Assembly (NCBI RefSeq): GCF_006345805.1
Contig: NW_021834385.1
Span: 1 to 49,586, forward strand
Direction of reading: 5' to 3'
Source: Octopus sinensis
Taxonomy: Eukaryota
DNA length: 49,586 nt
The notes under the pieces were generated by a model, which ran no database searches, had not been told where the DNA came from, and worked only from the letters and a program-made list of their open reading frames with translations. A program made the translations under genes and the position numbers. This document shows, one piece after another, positions 49,546 to 49,586 of this stretch. Numbering within the stretch: position 1 is the stretch's first letter; every line of letters starts with the position of its first letter.

Positions 49546-49586
<41 letters not shown>

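Overview
Eukaryotic, microsatellite-saturated genomic DNA. The repeat families and composition resemble a coleoid cephalopod (Octopus-like); this is an inference from recalled repeat sequences, not a database result. There is no prokaryotic gene, CRISPR array or rRNA. Nearly all ORFs in the supplied track are microsatellite artefacts. One real gene piece is present: a + strand exon ending at a CAG|GTAAGT donor (33639/33640) that encodes the T1 (BTB) domain of a Shaw/Kv3-like voltage-gated K+ channel. It is preceded by a long Q/N/S/T/H-rich reading that is broken by recurrent single-base deletions inside (CAA)n tracts. This exon ends a ~12-kb block (21600-33639) with only triplet repeats and no SINEs, which begins at a strong splice acceptor. 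The rest looks intronic or intergenic and carries: (i) a co-oriented cluster of five R4/Dong-like RLE retrotransposon pieces and a ~545-bp non-coding element nested in (AAT)n; (ii) three tRNA-derived SINE families; (iii) a 5'-truncated Tx1/L1-like LINE whose 3' tail matches one SINE tail; (iv) several Penelope/retrozyme-type hammerhead ribozyme relics; (v) fold-back elements and minisatellites. The transmembrane exons of the channel are not visible in the window.
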